From the NCBI RefSeq assembly GCF_001447785.1, contig NW_015173141.1, forward strand, positions 1-64,000: a DNA stretch of 64,000 bases, in the 5' to 3' direction. The notes under the pieces were generated by a model. That model was not told where the DNA came from, did not search any database, and worked only from the letters and a program-made list of their open reading frames with translations. The stretch comes from Gekko japonicus. Its lineage: Eukaryota. Shown here one piece after another: positions 61,673 to 64,000 of the stretch (its first letter is position 1; each line of letters starts with the position of its first letter). The position numbers and the translations under genes are program-made.

Positions 61673-62317
61673 GGTCTTTAGAAAACAAGAATTTAGTATT
61701 AGATACTCCCTTCCTTTTCAGAAGATTCCTCCCAAGCATCTGGTGCCCACGTGTTGTGTGAGCTCAGCAGGGCAGTCCTTTTAATATAAAGGGGGGGCAG
61801 GAAGAGAAAGGGGAGGGGGTTGATAGAGCTGGCATGTAAATTTGGTAATTATCCACACCTTGAGCATCAACTCAGGCAGAAAGATAAAATTAAACTGCAT
61901 GAAATATAATTAAGTTAAGGGAGTATCTCACCCCCTGCAACAAGAGCCCCAAACCCCAAATAAAATTGGGCCCCATTTGCCCCCTGGCCTGCTTGATGTC
62001 GCTGCACTCCCAAGGAGTTTGCAGCTGCCAAACTTCTAGATTAGCTGCAGCCTCAAGGTCTCTGCCAAGCACCGCTCCTCCTGTCAAGCAGGAGGCAGCC
62101 AATGCACTGCTGCCCTTACTGGCCAGCGCAGCAGCTGCCTGCAATCTGGAACCAGGCCCTGCTAAAGTGTGGGGGGGGAGCCACCAAGTGCCCCGGCACC
62201 CGCTGTCAGGCTCCTGTGAGTACTCTCATGGCACCTTTTAAGGTGTTTGTTATGGGGGAGGATTTGCCCTGCCCCTTCCTGGATGCCATAACTGTTCAAC
62301 GTATGAAGGACATCTGC

Positions 62318-62465
62318 AAAATGGCCACCTGTATTAGACCTCCCCAAAATGGCCACCAGTATTAGACCTCCTCAAAATGGCCGCCTATATTAAACCTCCC
62401 CAAAATGGCTGCCAGGCCTTCCAAAGATGGCCACCAATCACAGACCTTCCCAGAATGGCCACCTA
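62318..62465. repeat. 28-bp tandem repeat carrying AA(A/G)ATGGC motifs
   Basis: Units at 62318, 62346, 62374 and 62402, then degenerate at 62423 and 62452. Confidence 0.8.
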
Positions 62466-63333
62466 ACTGCCAGCACTCCCCAGCAACAGAACCAGACAAA
62501 TTACACCAGCAGGGTACTAGCCTGCCAAAATACCAGGGCCGTTTGTTCAACTGAGAGTGGAGTGGCAGGGGGGGATTGTGCTAGGCTGGCAATTGGACCT
62601 TATGGCTATTAAGCCACCACACAGGCCACACATAGAAGCTACCAGTGGGGGAGGGTATAATAGAAAGGAAAAACCGGGACCCCAGGCAGCCTCACCAACT
62701 GCCCCTATACCCACAGCCTCTCCCAATTCACCCCACACGACAGGAGCAGGTTCCTTCCCGCTTTTCTTTTCTTTTTTTAACAAAAAATGGATGGAACTGC
62801 CCCAAAGCAGCCCAGCCAGCCTCTGCCACCAATGCAGAGCACACCACAGCGGTCAGCATCCCCACTGCCATGCCTCCATGTTTCCTCAGTGTCACCGCTA
62901 ATGACAGACATGCCAACGCAACTGCCGCAAATAAGCCGCTACCACCAAGAGCCTCTTCAGGTGGTTGTCCCCGTCACCGTGGTGGTCCCAATGCTGGTGA
63001 GATCCACCGCCCAGGGCCCAAGCCTACAGTGGCTCCCTAACTGCCTCGTGCTCCTTCCTGTCCGAGCACAAGGCAAAGACTGCCTAATTCAGAGCAGGTG
63101 ATGCAGAACATTGATTGTTAATCTCTGCACACAATGGCAAAGGTGGGAATAAGTAATCACACAAGGGTCATTTCAAGCACTATTTACACACTAAGCATAA
63201 CCTAGAGGACTCGGCTGGCAGTGTTGAAAGCTTTGTAAAAATGACCATGGTCTGGATCCTAGCATTCTGTTCAGCAAAGCCTTCCCCTGGAGACAGAGCC
63301 ACTTAAGATGAAGGACAGCTCCTTAGGCTAGAG

Positions 63334-63750
63334 CAAGTATGTCCAACAGGTAGATCGCGGAGGGGTCAGAGGTAGATCACCAGCCCCACTTGGTCTCCTG
63401 GTTTGCTGGACAGGTGTTTGGGGTTTTTTGATGATTGTTTGGTGGTATTTGATTATTGGTGCCAGTATGATGAATTCTTATTTTTACTTTTAGAACTCCA
63501 TGTGTGGTTTTGGCATCATCCAGAAGTCTTCAGTTCCTGTTGATCTTTAATACTTTGGGTTAGGGTTAGACTTAACTGCCAGTTTTGGACCAGATTCAGC
63601 CAGTGTTTATACTAACCTAGCACCCCCCAGCCACCCCAGTATAACGAAGATGAGTGTTCCAAAGAAGAGCAAAACCTACCACTTTCATGATGAATGGGAA
63701 ATGGACTACTTCTTCATCATGGTGAAAGACAAGTGTTGTTGTCTAGAGGA
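63334..63750 (+). mobile_element. hAT (Charlie/SPIN-like) 5' end with transposase N-terminus remnant
   Basis: ATG at 63650 gives MSVPKKSKTYHFHDEWEMDYFFIMVKDKCCCL. Repeated ggtagatc subterminal motif. Confidence 0.7.
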
Positions 63751-64000
63751 CAGCTTCAAACTTTGCTGAATGCAGTCCTGTAACCAGGCCAATATGTGTC
63801 AATTAAATATGAAATAAAACGACATCCATATATGCGAGAAGTGCCTTAGAAATCTCATTCAACAGGAAATGAGAAGAATTATGGTGAACAATGTTATTTG
63901 GGGTGTCTGAACTATGAAATGATACAATCATATCGTATTGTTATTATATAACCTGCACACTATGACGTCTCCTGTCTTGACATTATTTTGGGGGGGAAAT

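Overview
Vertebrate genomic DNA, almost certainly squamate (gecko-like), judged from Sauria/Squam-type SINEs, 5S-derived SINEs, CR1/L2/L1/RTEX-like LINEs and hAT MITEs. I could not identify any host protein-coding exon. The window is repeat-rich intronic/intergenic sequence around one CpG-island promoter (~24.4-25.4 kb). Two full-length Ty3/Gypsy LTR retrotransposons dominate. (1) 3850-10035 is a decayed chromovirus of the Tf1/sushi (PEG10/RTL-related) group: 457-bp LTRs, AGGAG TSD, no tRNA PBS but an exact 11-nt self-priming complement, a GGGAAAC -1 slippery site with a downstream stem, and an in-frame 162-bp duplication in integrase. (2) 35874-40842 is an apparently intact Mag-clade element: 357-bp LTRs with no difference seen by eye, GATAA TSD, tRNA-Ser PBS and a single 1387-aa gag-pol ORF. 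Other notable items are a promoter region with a 150-bp tandem array flanked by an inverted duplicate of a splice-donor region, an ORF1-only L1-like element, Penelope-type hammerhead remnants, an Ngaro/DIRS SGNH-hydrolase fragment, a Sauria-head/L2-tail chimeric SINE and a YY1-motif tandem array. Repeat family names come from recognition, not database searches, and boundaries of old repeats are approximate.
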